Positions 8,121 through 18,400 of a stretch of DNA of 64,000 bases are shown here, piece by piece. How positions within the stretch are numbered: the first letter of the stretch is position 1; every line of letters begins with the position of its first letter. The notes below the pieces were generated by a model. It was given only the letters and a program-made list of their open reading frames with translations, was not told where the DNA came from and did not search any database. This stretch comes from a virus (lineage: Duplodnaviria > Caudoviricetes): positions 15,431 to 79,430 of IMG/VR virus record IMGVR_UViG_3300002307_000042. One strand, written 5' to 3'. The translations under genes and the position numbers were made by a program.

Positions 8121-8151
8121 TATTTATACGCTAACATAATGGAGTTGTCAA
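8121..8151 (-). promoter_or_regulatory. Composite promoter for tmRNA: TTGACA-17-TATAAA whose -10 box is also a T4-type late motif TATAAATA
   Basis: TTGACA actccattatgttagcg TATAAATA. Confidence 0.75.
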
Positions 8152-8177
8152 GAAGTATTTTACTAAGTTTTGTAAAT

Positions 8178-8498
8178 TTAGTAATCTTGCTGATACCAAC
8201 ATCTTTGCGTGAAAATTGCACGACCGTCTTGATCTAACACGTAATTGCCATATCTATCCCTGATATAGATATTTCTACATACTAATGGTGCATACGGAGG
8301 ACGCGGTTCTGAATAGCGTGGACGACGACTATCTGTTAAAATAGCACTAATTATTACACCACCTAACAATGGCGCTACCCAATTATCTCTATGATGCTTT
8401 TCATAGTAATGATTCCCATAGTCATCATACGGATCAGCATATGCTGAGGTCGATAATACTATAGATAGCAACGCTAGGATAGAACAAACTCTCTTCAT
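8178..8498 (-). CDS. Small exported/membrane protein, BA14K-like architecture (probable start MKRVC)
   Basis: AAGGAG SD 6 nt before ATG 8498; signal peptide ending AYA; NWVAPLLGGVIISAIL hydrophobic segment; two Cys near the C terminus. Confidence 0.6.
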   Translation of the reverse strand: MKRVCSILALLSIVLSTSAYADPYDDYGNHYYEKHHRDNWVAPLLGGVIISAILTDSRRPRYSEPRPPYAPLVCRNIYIRDRYGNYVLDQDGRAIFTQRCWYQQDY

Positions 8499-8577
8499 AA
8501 ACACTCCTTTGAACACATAGTATTACCTTTTTTGTATTAGTAAAGAAGTAATTTGACCATACTTTACTACAATTTTA

Positions 8578-11500
8578 TCACTGCAATTTTGATAGAATTA
8601 CTGTGATTTCATCAATCTTGGTAGTTTGTTGATCTATAATTCTTTGTTGTTCTTTAATTGCTTCAATTAGAAGAGGTATGATTTTGTCATAATGAACAGT
8701 CTTATAGTTCTCTCCTGATATACTATATTCATTTCCACTGTCGTCTTTACCAATATCGAATGGCGCAGGAACAACAATTTCCGGTAGAACTTTTTCAATT
8801 TCTTGTGCGATAACACCAACTTGCTTCTTATCATCAGTATAACCATATGATGCCGCGATATCATTTGAACGATAATACACACCGGAAACTTGCTTGATTT
8901 TGTCAATTGGATTTTCAATCGTGCCTTCAATATTCTTTAGTCGACCGTCTGAATAGTATGCAGTAATGTTGTTAGTTGCACGAATCTCGCCGGCAGTAGT
9001 TGACGCAGCAGTTCCTACACCAATTGAGTTAAACTGAGAGTTTTGTGTTGTGCTAGTAAATGTGGTAGCTGATCCGGCAGTAGTCGCAAATGTCGCATTA
9101 GCTACTGCTCCAACTACATTTGCACCTGCAACACTATTTGCAACATTTGCTGTTCCGGCAGTAGTCGCAAATGTCGCATTAGCTACTGCTCCAACTACAT
9201 TTGCACCTGCAACACTATTTGCTACACTTGCTGTTCCGGCAGTTGCAGCATTTAAATTAGCTACTTGGGTAGTTGAAGATACTACTAGCGGAGCGGTGCC
9301 AGTAGCAACAGTAGAAATCAACTGACCAGCAATATTCAATGCTGCGCTAACATTAGTGTTGGTTGCATTCAAGAAAATAGTAGCAGTGTTGGATACTGAT
9401 TGAATTCTAATACCAGTGTTAGCATTTGCCCATGGAGCAATAGTTAGATTGGCATTACCTACAGCAGAGATATTGCCAAAGTTAATAAGCGCATCATCTG
9501 CGCCGGTGAGTGCGTTATAAGACCCCGGCCCTGCTCTAGGAATTAAAGCAATATCTTGCGTGCCGTTAACTGCTCTTATAAGTTTGATAACTCCTGCTAC
9601 GTTCGAAGAATTAGTGGCTGTTAAATTACCGACGTTGGCATTGCCACTGATAGTTAGAGTAGTTGCGTTAATCTCACCGGCTGTTCCCGACGGAGTAGTA
9701 CCAACACCCAATGATGTAGTAACTCTAGCATTTCCTGCAACATCTAACTCGTAAGCAGGAATGGTAGTTCCAATACCTACATTACCTTGAGAGTTAATTC
9801 TCATTACTTCTACTGGAATTGCGCCGCCGGGATTAGTCTTAAATACAATCCTGCCTGGCACATTAGTGGTTGATACTGCGCCGTCTACTTGACTAACAAT
9901 GTCAGCAGTACCTACGAATTTTGCACCATCACTACCTGAAAAACCAATTGCGCCAACAGTAGTATCCGCAGCAACAGCTCCGTGAACACCATATGTAGCA
10001 CTATTACTCTTATTAAGCGAAAGATATGCACCGCCTGATAGAGCAGTTGAAGTGCTCCATTGACCAAGTGCTTGCCATGCAGTACCACCTGTTCCTGCAT
10101 AACTCGTTCCTGCGCCAACTATTCCTGCTCCATAATTAGTTGAAAAACCAGGTAAATAGTATGAAGTAGATGTGCCATCTGGAGTTGCAATGAGTCTATC
10201 TGTTAACGTTGTCACACCGCTTATGTATGCAGTACCGGTGATATTTGCACCAGTAGAAGTAACTACAAGTTCTGGAGTTGCGCCGCCGCTAGCATTTAAG
10301 CTGATATTTCCATTTGCAGGATTAATACTAATAGAACTATTACCATTAGCTAAATTACCTATAATATTACCGGTGGTAATATTACCCGATACCGTTAGTG
10401 ATGTTAATGTACCTAAGCTAGTAACATTTGGCTGCGCGGCAGTTGTTAGTGTACCGGTAAGCAAAGAACCTCGCACAGTTCCGCTGTTAGCATAAACGTT
10501 ACCCGATACAGTATTTCCAGTGACAGTAGCGGATGTTAGTGTACCTAAACTAGTAATATTAGGTTGAGCAGCGGTAGTCAATGTACCTGTCACCAATGAA
10601 CCCGATAAATTAGCTCCAATTATATTACCTGTTGCATTTAACGTACCGGTGATATTTGCGCCAGTAGAGGTTATAATCATAACATTAGCAGCGCCGGCAG
10701 AACTAAATGTTAGGTTTGCACTGTTTAGTACTGCGATATTTGAAGATCCGTTGCTTAGTGACCCAGTTGAAATAGTAGTGAATGTTAGGTTTCCGGCGCC
10801 ATCAGTGGTAATAGACTGTCCGGACGTACCTCCAGTAATCTTTACATTGGCGATACTTCCTAAGTTTACAGTGCCTGCTGCCGTTAGTGATGTTAGTGTG
10901 CCCAATGAAGTGACGTTTGGTTGTGCAGCAGTTGTTAGTGTACCAGTAAGCAAAGAACCACGTACAGTGCCGCTGTTAGCGTAAACATTACCCGATACGG
11001 TGTTTCCAGTTACATTCAATGAAGTTAAAGTGCCTACACTAGTAATATTAGGCTGTGCAGCAGTTGTTACTGTTCCGGCAGATAGAGCAGAAGTTGCCTC
11101 TAATGTTGATCCTGATGTAACAGTCCAAGCACCGGTAATAGTTCCCGTAGTAGCACTAGCTCCAGTTGTCAATGTCCTACTAGTTAGTGTAGTTTGCACA
11201 TAAACATTCGGGACCCCGGTCGTTAGTAAAGTTCTTACGTTGCTATCAGTATATGAACCTGCAAAATTTATAGCAACACCGTTAGCATAATAATAGTTGT
11301 CAGCTTTGATGCCGGCACCCGCTACATTAGGTACAGTAACATTTCCTCCAGTAACAATAAATGCATTACCAGTTACCCCACCACTTACCGTGTAAGTGCC
11401 GGTTATTGTACCCGGTGTACTTGCGCCTCCGGTTGTGATATTAGTTACTATCAAATTACCTGACGCAGTTAAGTTGCCACTTACGGTAGCATTAGCAGTA

Positions 11501-11925
11501 ACCGTATTCGCTTGTACAGTAAGAGATCCTACGGTAGCAGCGCCCGAAACCGATAAATTACCAGGTGTTGCGAAATTCCCGGCAGTAGCGTTTCCTGTAA
11601 CATTTATTGTACCGAACGTAGTCGCGCTTCCTGAGCTTGCAGTAGCCAGCGAAAGCCAAAGACTAGCATTTGCTTCACCGTCACTAGGACATACATACAT
11701 CGTTTGTGTAGAAGAATTAAACCAAAGCTGACCTTGTAGTGCATTAGGAGGAGGAGTGGGACTGCAAAAATTTTCTAGTGTATGAACAAAATTAGTATCT
11801 AATTGTTGACCATAGCCAGCATAATTTCTTCCTGGTAGACCAATTGATGCAGCAGTGGTATTGATGGTACCGTCTGCAATCGTGCAAAGCACTGTTCCGT
11901 TAGTCTTTACAATAGTATATGCCAT
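8578..11925 (-). CDS. Tail fibre protein with C-terminal intramolecular chaperone (peptidase S74-like)
   Basis: N terminus shared with the neighbouring fibre (MAYTIVKTNGT..DGTINT); TLTTAAQPNITSLGTLTSL repeats; C-terminal YYSDGRLK..IDKIKQVSGVYY..VGVIAQEIEKVLPE..IPLLIEAIKEQQ. Confidence 0.88.
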   Translation of the reverse strand: MAYTIVKTNGTVLCTIADGTINTTAASIGLPGRNYAGYGQQLDTNFVHTLENFCSPTPPPNALQGQLWFNSSTQTMYVCPSDGEANASLWLSLATASSGSATTFGTINVTGNATAGNFATPGNLSVSGAATVGSLTVQANTVTANATVSGNLTASGNLIVTNITTGGASTPGTITGTYTVSGGVTGNAFIVTGGNVTVPNVAGAGIKADNYYYANGVAINFAGSYTDSNVRTLLTTGVPNVYVQTTLTSRTLTTGASATTGTITGAWTVTSGSTLEATSALSAGTVTTAAQPNITSVGTLTSLNVTGNTVSGNVYANSGTVRGSLLTGTLTTAAQPNVTSLGTLTSLTAAGTVNLGSIANVKITGGTSGQSITTDGAGNLTFTTISTGSLSNGSSNIAVLNSANLTFSSAGAANVMIITSTGANITGTLNATGNIIGANLSGSLVTGTLTTAAQPNITSLGTLTSATVTGNTVSGNVYANSGTVRGSLLTGTLTTAAQPNVTSLGTLTSLTVSGNITTGNIIGNLANGNSSISINPANGNISLNASGGATPELVVTSTGANITGTAYISGVTTLTDRLIATPDGTSTSYYLPGFSTNYGAGIVGAGTSYAGTGGTAWQALGQWSTSTALSGGAYLSLNKSNSATYGVHGAVAADTTVGAIGFSGSDGAKFVGTADIVSQVDGAVSTTNVPGRIVFKTNPGGAIPVEVMRINSQGNVGIGTTIPAYELDVAGNARVTTSLGVGTTPSGTAGEINATTLTISGNANVGNLTATNSSNVAGVIKLIRAVNGTQDIALIPRAGPGSYNALTGADDALINFGNISAVGNANLTIAPWANANTGIRIQSVSNTATIFLNATNTNVSAALNIAGQLISTVATGTAPLVVSSTTQVANLNAATAGTASVANSVAGANVVGAVANATFATTAGTANVANSVAGANVVGAVANATFATTAGSATTFTSTTQNSQFNSIGVGTAASTTAGEIRATNNITAYYSDGRLKNIEGTIENPIDKIKQVSGVYYRSNDIAASYGYTDDKKQVGVIAQEIEKVLPEIVVPAPFDIGKDDSGNEYSISGENYKTVHYDKIIPLLIEAIKEQQRIIDQQTTKIDEITVILSKLQ
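9074..9222. repeat. 68-bp perfect direct repeat with 81-bp period in tail fibre 1
   Basis: 9074-9141 is identical to 9155-9222 (CCGGCAGTAGTCGCAAATGTCGC...ACACTATTTGC). Confidence 0.9.
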
Positions 11926-11965
11926 TTCTATAGTTCTCCGTTATATCTATTTATCGTTTAATAAG

Positions 11966-14683
11966 TTAAATTCCTATAGCAAAATACATAGGGTATACTG
12001 TTGTATCTTGCCCATGGTAGTAAGTGAATCCGTTTTTGGTGATGCCGTATACCGAATTTTCGCCGCCGCCGCTATTATTAGTAGAAAGTGCGAGGGGAGT
12101 AACTTGCACATTATAGCAATCAGTGCCGAATGGGTAAGTAAAAGGTACATATATACTAGAATCTTGTCCTACTGTGGATGATCCAACACCCCATACCATT
12201 TTTAATCCGTTAGGTAATGTAGCGTATCCATTTGTTCCATTAACGCCTGCAAAACTTCCGGCAGTTAACGCAGGCTGGCCGCCTATGCTCAACGTGCTTC
12301 CTACACTCGTAATGTTAGGTTGTGCAGCAGATGTTACTGTTCCTGCTGTAGTTGCACTAGTAGCAGTGCCTGAACTAGTCGCAAATGTTGCGCTAGCTAC
12401 TGCTCCAACTACGTTTGCGCCTGCAACACTATTTGCAACGCTTGCTGTTCCGGCTAGAGTTGCAGTTGCAGCAGTTCCTGCATTCGTTGCAAAAGTGGCA
12501 TTAGCTACTGCGCCGACTACATTTGCACCCGCAACACTATTTGCAACACTTGCTGTTCCTGAATTATCTGCATAAACTGCATTTGCAACTTTGCCGGTTA
12601 CATTTGCACCCGCAACACTATTTGCTACACTTGCCGTTCCTGCATTAGTCGCACTAGTGGCACTGGCTACTGCTCCTACTACATTTGAGCCGGGTACACT
12701 AGTAAGTCCGGTGCCAGACCCAACAAAATTTGCATTAACTGTTCCCACGCTCAATGTGTTAGTACTAGGAACATAACTTAGTGAACTATCTAAGCCTAAA
12801 TCAGTACTTGACGAAACTCCTGAAACAAAAATAGGATAAAAAGCAGAAGCGTTAGCACTTTTGCTTGTTACTGCTATATTACTCGCAGTAGTAGCATTAG
12901 TTGCACTTGTTGCGGTAGTCGCACTTGACACCGTGCCTACAACATTGGATGCTCTAATATTACTAAGGTTTCCGCCTTCACCTTGTAGCTGTCCGGCAGT
13001 GACTTTACCACTAACATTAAGACTTGATAATGTGCCGAGGCTAGTGATGTTAGTTTGGCTTGATCCTAGTACGATTGAAGAATAAGTGGCAGCGTTTGCA
13101 TTGCTTACAACTCCATTAACATTTGCGCCCGATATATTCGTAAGTCCAGCACCATTTCCATAAAAGGCTCCGGTGTTTGCAACAACATTTGGTGCAGTTA
13201 CATTTCCTGAAGAATTGACTGAAGTTAAAGTACCTACAGTAGTAATATTACTTTGGGTAGCAGTAGTGATGTTTCCTGATAGATTACCAGCTGAAATATT
13301 TGAAGTTGTTATGCCGGTAGTGGTAAACACTGCAACGTTTGTAGTGCTTCCTACTGAGATAGTTACGTTACTATTAATGCCGGGAATTCTTATATTAGAT
13401 GTCCCATTTGCAATAGTATTAGTTGTTGTAGTAGGTAAGTTTGTCAATTGACTACCATCACCTATAAAATAATTAGCAGTAATATCACCGTTAGTATCAC
13501 GCAATGCAACTGTGCTTGCTGTAGCAGTTGTCGTAGCAGTAGCTCCATCCAACAAGTCTGCATTTAAATTGGCAACTTTAGTAGTTGATGATACTACTAG
13601 AGGTGCAGTACCATTAGTAACGGTACTAATAAATTGATTAGCAGACACATTTCCTAACACTGTTAAGAAATTTGTACTAGGAACAAATGACAATCCAGTG
13701 TCAATTGCGATAGTTGCACTGCTTGATGCGCCAAGTGCTAGTGTAGGATAGTATGTAGTTGGGCTGGTACTCTGTGTTGAAACTGCAATTAGGTTTGCCT
13801 GAGTTGCATTAGCAACTGTGCCACTTACATTTGCACCATCTACTGCCACACCATTGATTTTAGAGCTTGGGCTCAGAGTCCAATTACCCGTTATAGTACC
13901 TGCTGTAGTAGCAGATCCAGTAGAAAGTACATCACCGTTTATATTAGCCCCGCCGCCTAATAAACCAAAATCACCCGTATAGGTAGGTAAATAGCTCGCA
14001 ACATTTGAATTTGAATAGACCGTACCAAATACAACTGGACTGCCGTTCGCATAATACCAGTTATTTGTTTTTATTCCTGAAGCTAATAGATTTCCGCCGG
14101 TTACCCAAAGTGCAGTACCGGTAACCCCATTCAGTGTGTTTGAACCAGTTAAAGTCCAGGCTCCGGTAAGATTTCCGTTAGTTCCGGTGGCACCAGCACT
14201 AATTTGAGTAGTATTAATCTGTGCTAAATTACTTTGACCAGTGACATTTGCGTTTGCAATATTTGCTTGAATGTTGACTTTGAGATAATTTACATTTGCT
14301 AAGTTAGCTGTTATATTGCTAGTAATCTGTGCATTGTTAGCAATTACATTTCCTGTTGCGATCACATTTCCAGAATATGAGTTTCCTGTTGGGTCTTGAA
14401 ACTTGATCTTATACCAATTATTTGGATTAGATTCTCCGTCTATTGGGCATACGCACAATGTCGCAGTAGAGGTATCGTACCAAAGCTGTCCTTGTAATGC
14501 GTTAGAAGGAGGCGCAGTGTTTGCAAAATTTTCTAAAGTATGCACAAAGTTAGTGTCAACTACTTGTCCATAACCAGGGTAGAGTCTTCCTGGTAGTCCA
14601 ATTGAGGTACTTACTGTATTGATAGTACCGTCAGTGATTGTCGTTAGAATAGTACCATTAGTTTTAACAATCGTATATGACAC
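11966..14683 (-). CDS. Tail fibre protein, paralogue with a different tip
   Basis: Same N-terminal anchor domain; ANSVAGANVVGAVANAT repeats; C-terminal NGYATLPNGLKMVWG..VPFTYPF fibre-tip pattern. Confidence 0.85.
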   Translation of the reverse strand: MSYTIVKTNGTILTTITDGTINTVSTSIGLPGRLYPGYGQVVDTNFVHTLENFANTAPPSNALQGQLWYDTSTATLCVCPIDGESNPNNWYKIKFQDPTGNSYSGNVIATGNVIANNAQITSNITANLANVNYLKVNIQANIANANVTGQSNLAQINTTQISAGATGTNGNLTGAWTLTGSNTLNGVTGTALWVTGGNLLASGIKTNNWYYANGSPVVFGTVYSNSNVASYLPTYTGDFGLLGGGANINGDVLSTGSATTAGTITGNWTLSPSSKINGVAVDGANVSGTVANATQANLIAVSTQSTSPTTYYPTLALGASSSATIAIDTGLSFVPSTNFLTVLGNVSANQFISTVTNGTAPLVVSSTTKVANLNADLLDGATATTTATASTVALRDTNGDITANYFIGDGSQLTNLPTTTTNTIANGTSNIRIPGINSNVTISVGSTTNVAVFTTTGITTSNISAGNLSGNITTATQSNITTVGTLTSVNSSGNVTAPNVVANTGAFYGNGAGLTNISGANVNGVVSNANAATYSSIVLGSSQTNITSLGTLSSLNVSGKVTAGQLQGEGGNLSNIRASNVVGTVSSATTATSATNATTASNIAVTSKSANASAFYPIFVSGVSSSTDLGLDSSLSYVPSTNTLSVGTVNANFVGSGTGLTSVPGSNVVGAVASATSATNAGTASVANSVAGANVTGKVANAVYADNSGTASVANSVAGANVVGAVANATFATNAGTAATATLAGTASVANSVAGANVVGAVASATFATSSGTATSATTAGTVTSAAQPNITSVGSTLSIGGQPALTAGSFAGVNGTNGYATLPNGLKMVWGVGSSTVGQDSSIYVPFTYPFGTDCYNVQVTPLALSTNNSGGGENSVYGITKNGFTYYHGQDTTVYPMYFAIGI

Positions 14684-14696
14684 AGCGCGTTACTCC

Positions 14697-15317
14697 TTAA
14701 ATGGTAACTAGATTAGTTAGACTTTGTATTCTAACCGTGTAGTCAATTTGAATTTGTCTATTGAGTGACTTTTGAACTGGGTGAAACACTACATGTGTCA
14801 GCAATCTAGTTATAACATTACCGTTGACATCAGTACCATAATTAGCTAATAAACCCAATTCATCAAAAATATATGAATCTTGTGTGTTAGTACTATTATC
14901 AAATGCAGCCTGTCCTGCAGGTTCACCGTAATCAAGTAGACACTGAACTAAAATGTCAGTATAAAGATTACCAGTTGTGTGATACACTGTCATCTTATTA
15001 CGTGTCGGATCAAGATTGAATACGCTCGTGTCATCTACAATCTTAGCATACGTTTGATTGTATAACGATGCATTTTGACCCGTTGTGTTGGGTGGGAGAT
15101 AAGTGATGATGCCGGTCTCGTCTACTGCACTTGCACCATTACCGAATGCCATTTGGTAGATTTCCCCATAGCTGCGGCTGCTCAAGGTATCTGCGATTGC
15201 CTCACTCATGGTTTCATAATTAATGGCGTTCTTTTTATCTACAAAGACTTCTCCATTATTTGGATCGTATATTTTAACAAAACCTTCAACTTTATATGAC
15301 AACGTGATTAACGACAT
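14697..15317 (-). CDS. Conserved-looking virion structural protein (tail-collar/fibre-attachment-like)
   Basis: Position between the wedge and fibre genes; MAFGNG, FDELGL and THVVFHPVQK motifs; beta-rich. Confidence 0.55.
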   Translation of the reverse strand: MSLITLSYKVEGFVKIYDPNNGEVFVDKKNAINYETMSEAIADTLSSRSYGEIYQMAFGNGASAVDETGIITYLPPNTTGQNASLYNQTYAKIVDDTSVFNLDPTRNKMTVYHTTGNLYTDILVQCLLDYGEPAGQAAFDNSTNTQDSYIFDELGLLANYGTDVNGNVITRLLTHVVFHPVQKSLNRQIQIDYTVRIQSLTNLVTI

Positions 15318-15463
15318 TAATCATCCCCTCGCTTATGCATCAATATTTCTTTCGTATTTGGATCAAAAATCTTTACACTAGACGAGAAATACACGCCACC
15401 AACCTCATTTGGCTTTCTTTCTGAGGGGTTACTTATTTTTTTACCAGTGCTTGACATATTCAT
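15317..15463 (-). CDS. Unannotated 48-aa ORF resembling the N terminus of the next gene
   Basis: MNMSSTGKKISNPSERKPNEVGGVYFSSSVKIFDPNTKEILMHKRGDD*; TAATG stop/start overlap with the 206-aa gene; ATAAATA ends 5 nt before the ATG. Confidence 0.7.
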   Translation of the reverse strand: MNMSSTGKKISNPSERKPNEVGGVYFSSSVKIFDPNTKEILMHKRGDD

Positions 15464-15478
15464 CTCTTTATTTATCAT

Positions 15479-18400
15479 TTACGAGTTATCCACATTTAAG
15501 AATAACGCAGGGACAGTAGTGCTTATTTGCAATGGATCTCCAATCTCCGTATTATATACGTTGCTATTCCAAGTCTGGTTGTAGTATACATCTGATAATT
15601 TATTTTGATGCATTAAACTATAAACAGTTGTGTTCTTCAATATAAGTGACTGCTCGCCGGTGCCATTGACCCCTCTACTGATGCCAGTCAACATACTATT
15701 ATCAAAGTCTACACCAGTGAAGTTAATTTGTTCTCCGTTAACAAAGATTGTGTTGCCTTCGATACTAGTTATAGTCAATGAGTCACCTTCATCAATGTAA
15801 GAGCCACTAGTGATATCAATAGATGGCGCTATAGAAGAGAGCATGATAGATATATCTTCGTTAGGAATAAACAGTTGCTTATCATTATTATACACTGTCA
15901 CTGAGATTAAACTTCTTTTATCAACAGTTAAGCCGATAGTGAATACCCCGTTAACTAATGCAGGCGTGATTGATGTTTGAACTATTTTGTTAACTACACT
16001 ACCTAAATCATCTACACTTATAGTAGTAGATAGAGGATAGATATTTTCAGTTAACCAAGTTCTACTATCAGCAGGCGCTCTGTATACAGTAGGAGCACCG
16101 GTATCATCAACAAAATTGATATAAATTTCTTGATTAGGTGTCGCAGACGGAGTCATACTAGTAATGATAACCGTATTTCCTGAACTGATACTAGTCAATA
16201 TACTTAATTCATTGAAATCATTAAGTCTTAGCTTACTAGAAGGCACTCGTGTACCGTTCACAGTTACCCATAGTCTATCTACATTAGTCTGATTCCACTG
16301 CTTAGCATTGAAGCTTAGTACACCGTCAGTAAGTGTCATCTCACTACCAAACTGAGTGGTAGATATACTGAATTCAGTTCCACTATAAATGTTCTTTACA
16401 TAGTAAACTGTTCCTTGAACTAGCCCGCCGGTCAATGACGCACCATTCAAATACCCCGATCTACTGAAGTATATAGGAGTACCTGATATCAATTTACCAG
16501 TGTCTGCTACTACGATAGTAGAGCTATTATACGTTGGGCTAACAGCATATGTACGTGAAGCAGTAGCATCAATTAATCTATATTGACCTTGTACCCAAAT
16601 ATATCCACCTGAAACGTAACTTGAGATGTCAGTGATAGGGTAGTTTACGCCACTACTAGAGGAAGTATACGGTTTACTGTACAATTCAAAAGTAGTGGGT
16701 GTTACCACGCGAACATAGTAAGTTCCGTTGTTGAGTTGAGTAGAACCAACTAGTCCATCAATTCTTACTATTGTGTTTGTAGTAAACGTAGTTGATGCAC
16801 TCGTAGTAACTATAACTGATGGTTGACCTCCCACTCTAACTACCATAGAGCCAGACCCGGTTGTGAGGTTTATAATGTTTCCATTGTAATCCCGGATAGT
16901 AAAGTGAGTACTATCAACAATAGAATTGACATAATACACCGTTCCGCTTGTTGATATTCCACCGAAACTAGTTCCTTTAAAGACTACTCGCTGTCCTACA
17001 ACAAAGTCAGTTGTGCTATCGCAAACTATCTGATTTGGTCTAGTTCCATCAGTACTTGCAATAGAAGCAGTAGCTAATGTCTGGGTAGTGATGGGAGCAA
17101 TGTTGTTATTAACATTCGTAATAGCTGTTACTGTTCCAGACACATTGAACTGAGTATTCAAATACTGCTCTGATGCATCGTTGAACGTAGTTATAGAAAT
17201 AACATCACCTGCACTCGGAGTGGAAGTAATAGTTAGCACATCAGTTGATGCATTAATAGAGTACTGACTAGATGTTAGTCTTAATCCGTTTCGCTCTACT
17301 ATTGCATTAGCTGCGTTAACATCATCAACATTATTTGTCAAGTTATAAGTTGAGGTTGATCCATTAGCTACAAAACTTTGTGTTTCTGGAACAGTATAAC
17401 CTAGTTGAGGGGTAGTCTGTCCAAACATCGCATACACAATATAATTACTTTGATTAGTGTACGTATTTCCCGCAAGCAATAGAGTTGCAGCAATACCATT
17501 TGGTTGTATACCAAACGCATAGTCATAAGTGATGTATGTTGCGCCGCCGTCTGATGTTGTCAACACTACTTCTGATCCAAGCGGGGTAGCTGAAATAGTA
17601 AAAGTAAATGTACCTACTACCTGCTTTACATAGTATGTGGTAAGCGGAGTAATTCCACCAAATGCACTATTACTAAAAATGATCTTACAACCGGGCACCA
17701 TACCAGCAGTGCTGTCAGTAGTTATATAGTTTGTTCCACTAGCGGTCGATGTAATTTGGCTTGAGTACCCTTGTACTAATTTAGTTCCGTTATTGTAGAT
17801 GATCGGACTAGTCCAAGTCACCTGGGATCCTGCAGAAAGATTCAAATTCATTGAACCTGTTGCAGACGTTAATATAACTTCTGGACCAGCAACACCAGTA
17901 TCAGGATCAAACGTTAATGAAATAGTGATAGTATTTGTAGCATAGCTAATATACTTAATGAAGTATGTGGTGCTTGATGATATACCACCAAATAGTGTTC
18001 CTGAGAATGTGATTGGTGCACCCAATGTCAAGTCTGTTACGCTATCAACGGTAATGCGATTAGTTATACTTTGAGTAGCTGATACATTAACCGAATATTC
18101 GTATGTACCTGGCATGACGATACCACTTCCTTGATATTGTTCACCAGTGAAGTTGCAATCCAAGTAAATTTCATTGAAACCAGTATCGTCATTGATGCGT
18201 ATAGGATTTACATCGGTATTAGATTTTACTAGTTGGTCTCCGTTACCAACTTCGTAGACATCTATACGCAACTTTTGTAGAGGCACGAGTGTTAAAGGTG
18301 TTGTAAGAGTAATAGTTTTGTTGAGCCAGTTAACGGTATAATCTGTTCCTTGAGTTAGTGTTGTACCTAATCCAGTAGAAGCACTTAGTTTCTGAACAAA

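Noticed and set aside
9074-9240. CRISPR-like array
   Set aside because: The repeats are in-frame coding duplications with 13-nt gaps, not repeat-spacer units; no cas genes.
9050-13451. Many Val/Ala/Pro-rich plus-strand ORFs over the tail fibres (and similar ones over gp5 at 38716-40794)
   Set aside because: Mirror images of Thr/Ala/Gly/Asn-rich sense codons, which give few antisense stops.
8578-14683. Diversity-generating retroelement (TR/VR) explanation for the fibre repeats
   Set aside because: No reverse transcriptase in the window; the repeats are in-frame shaft repeats, not a C-terminal VR with a separate template.
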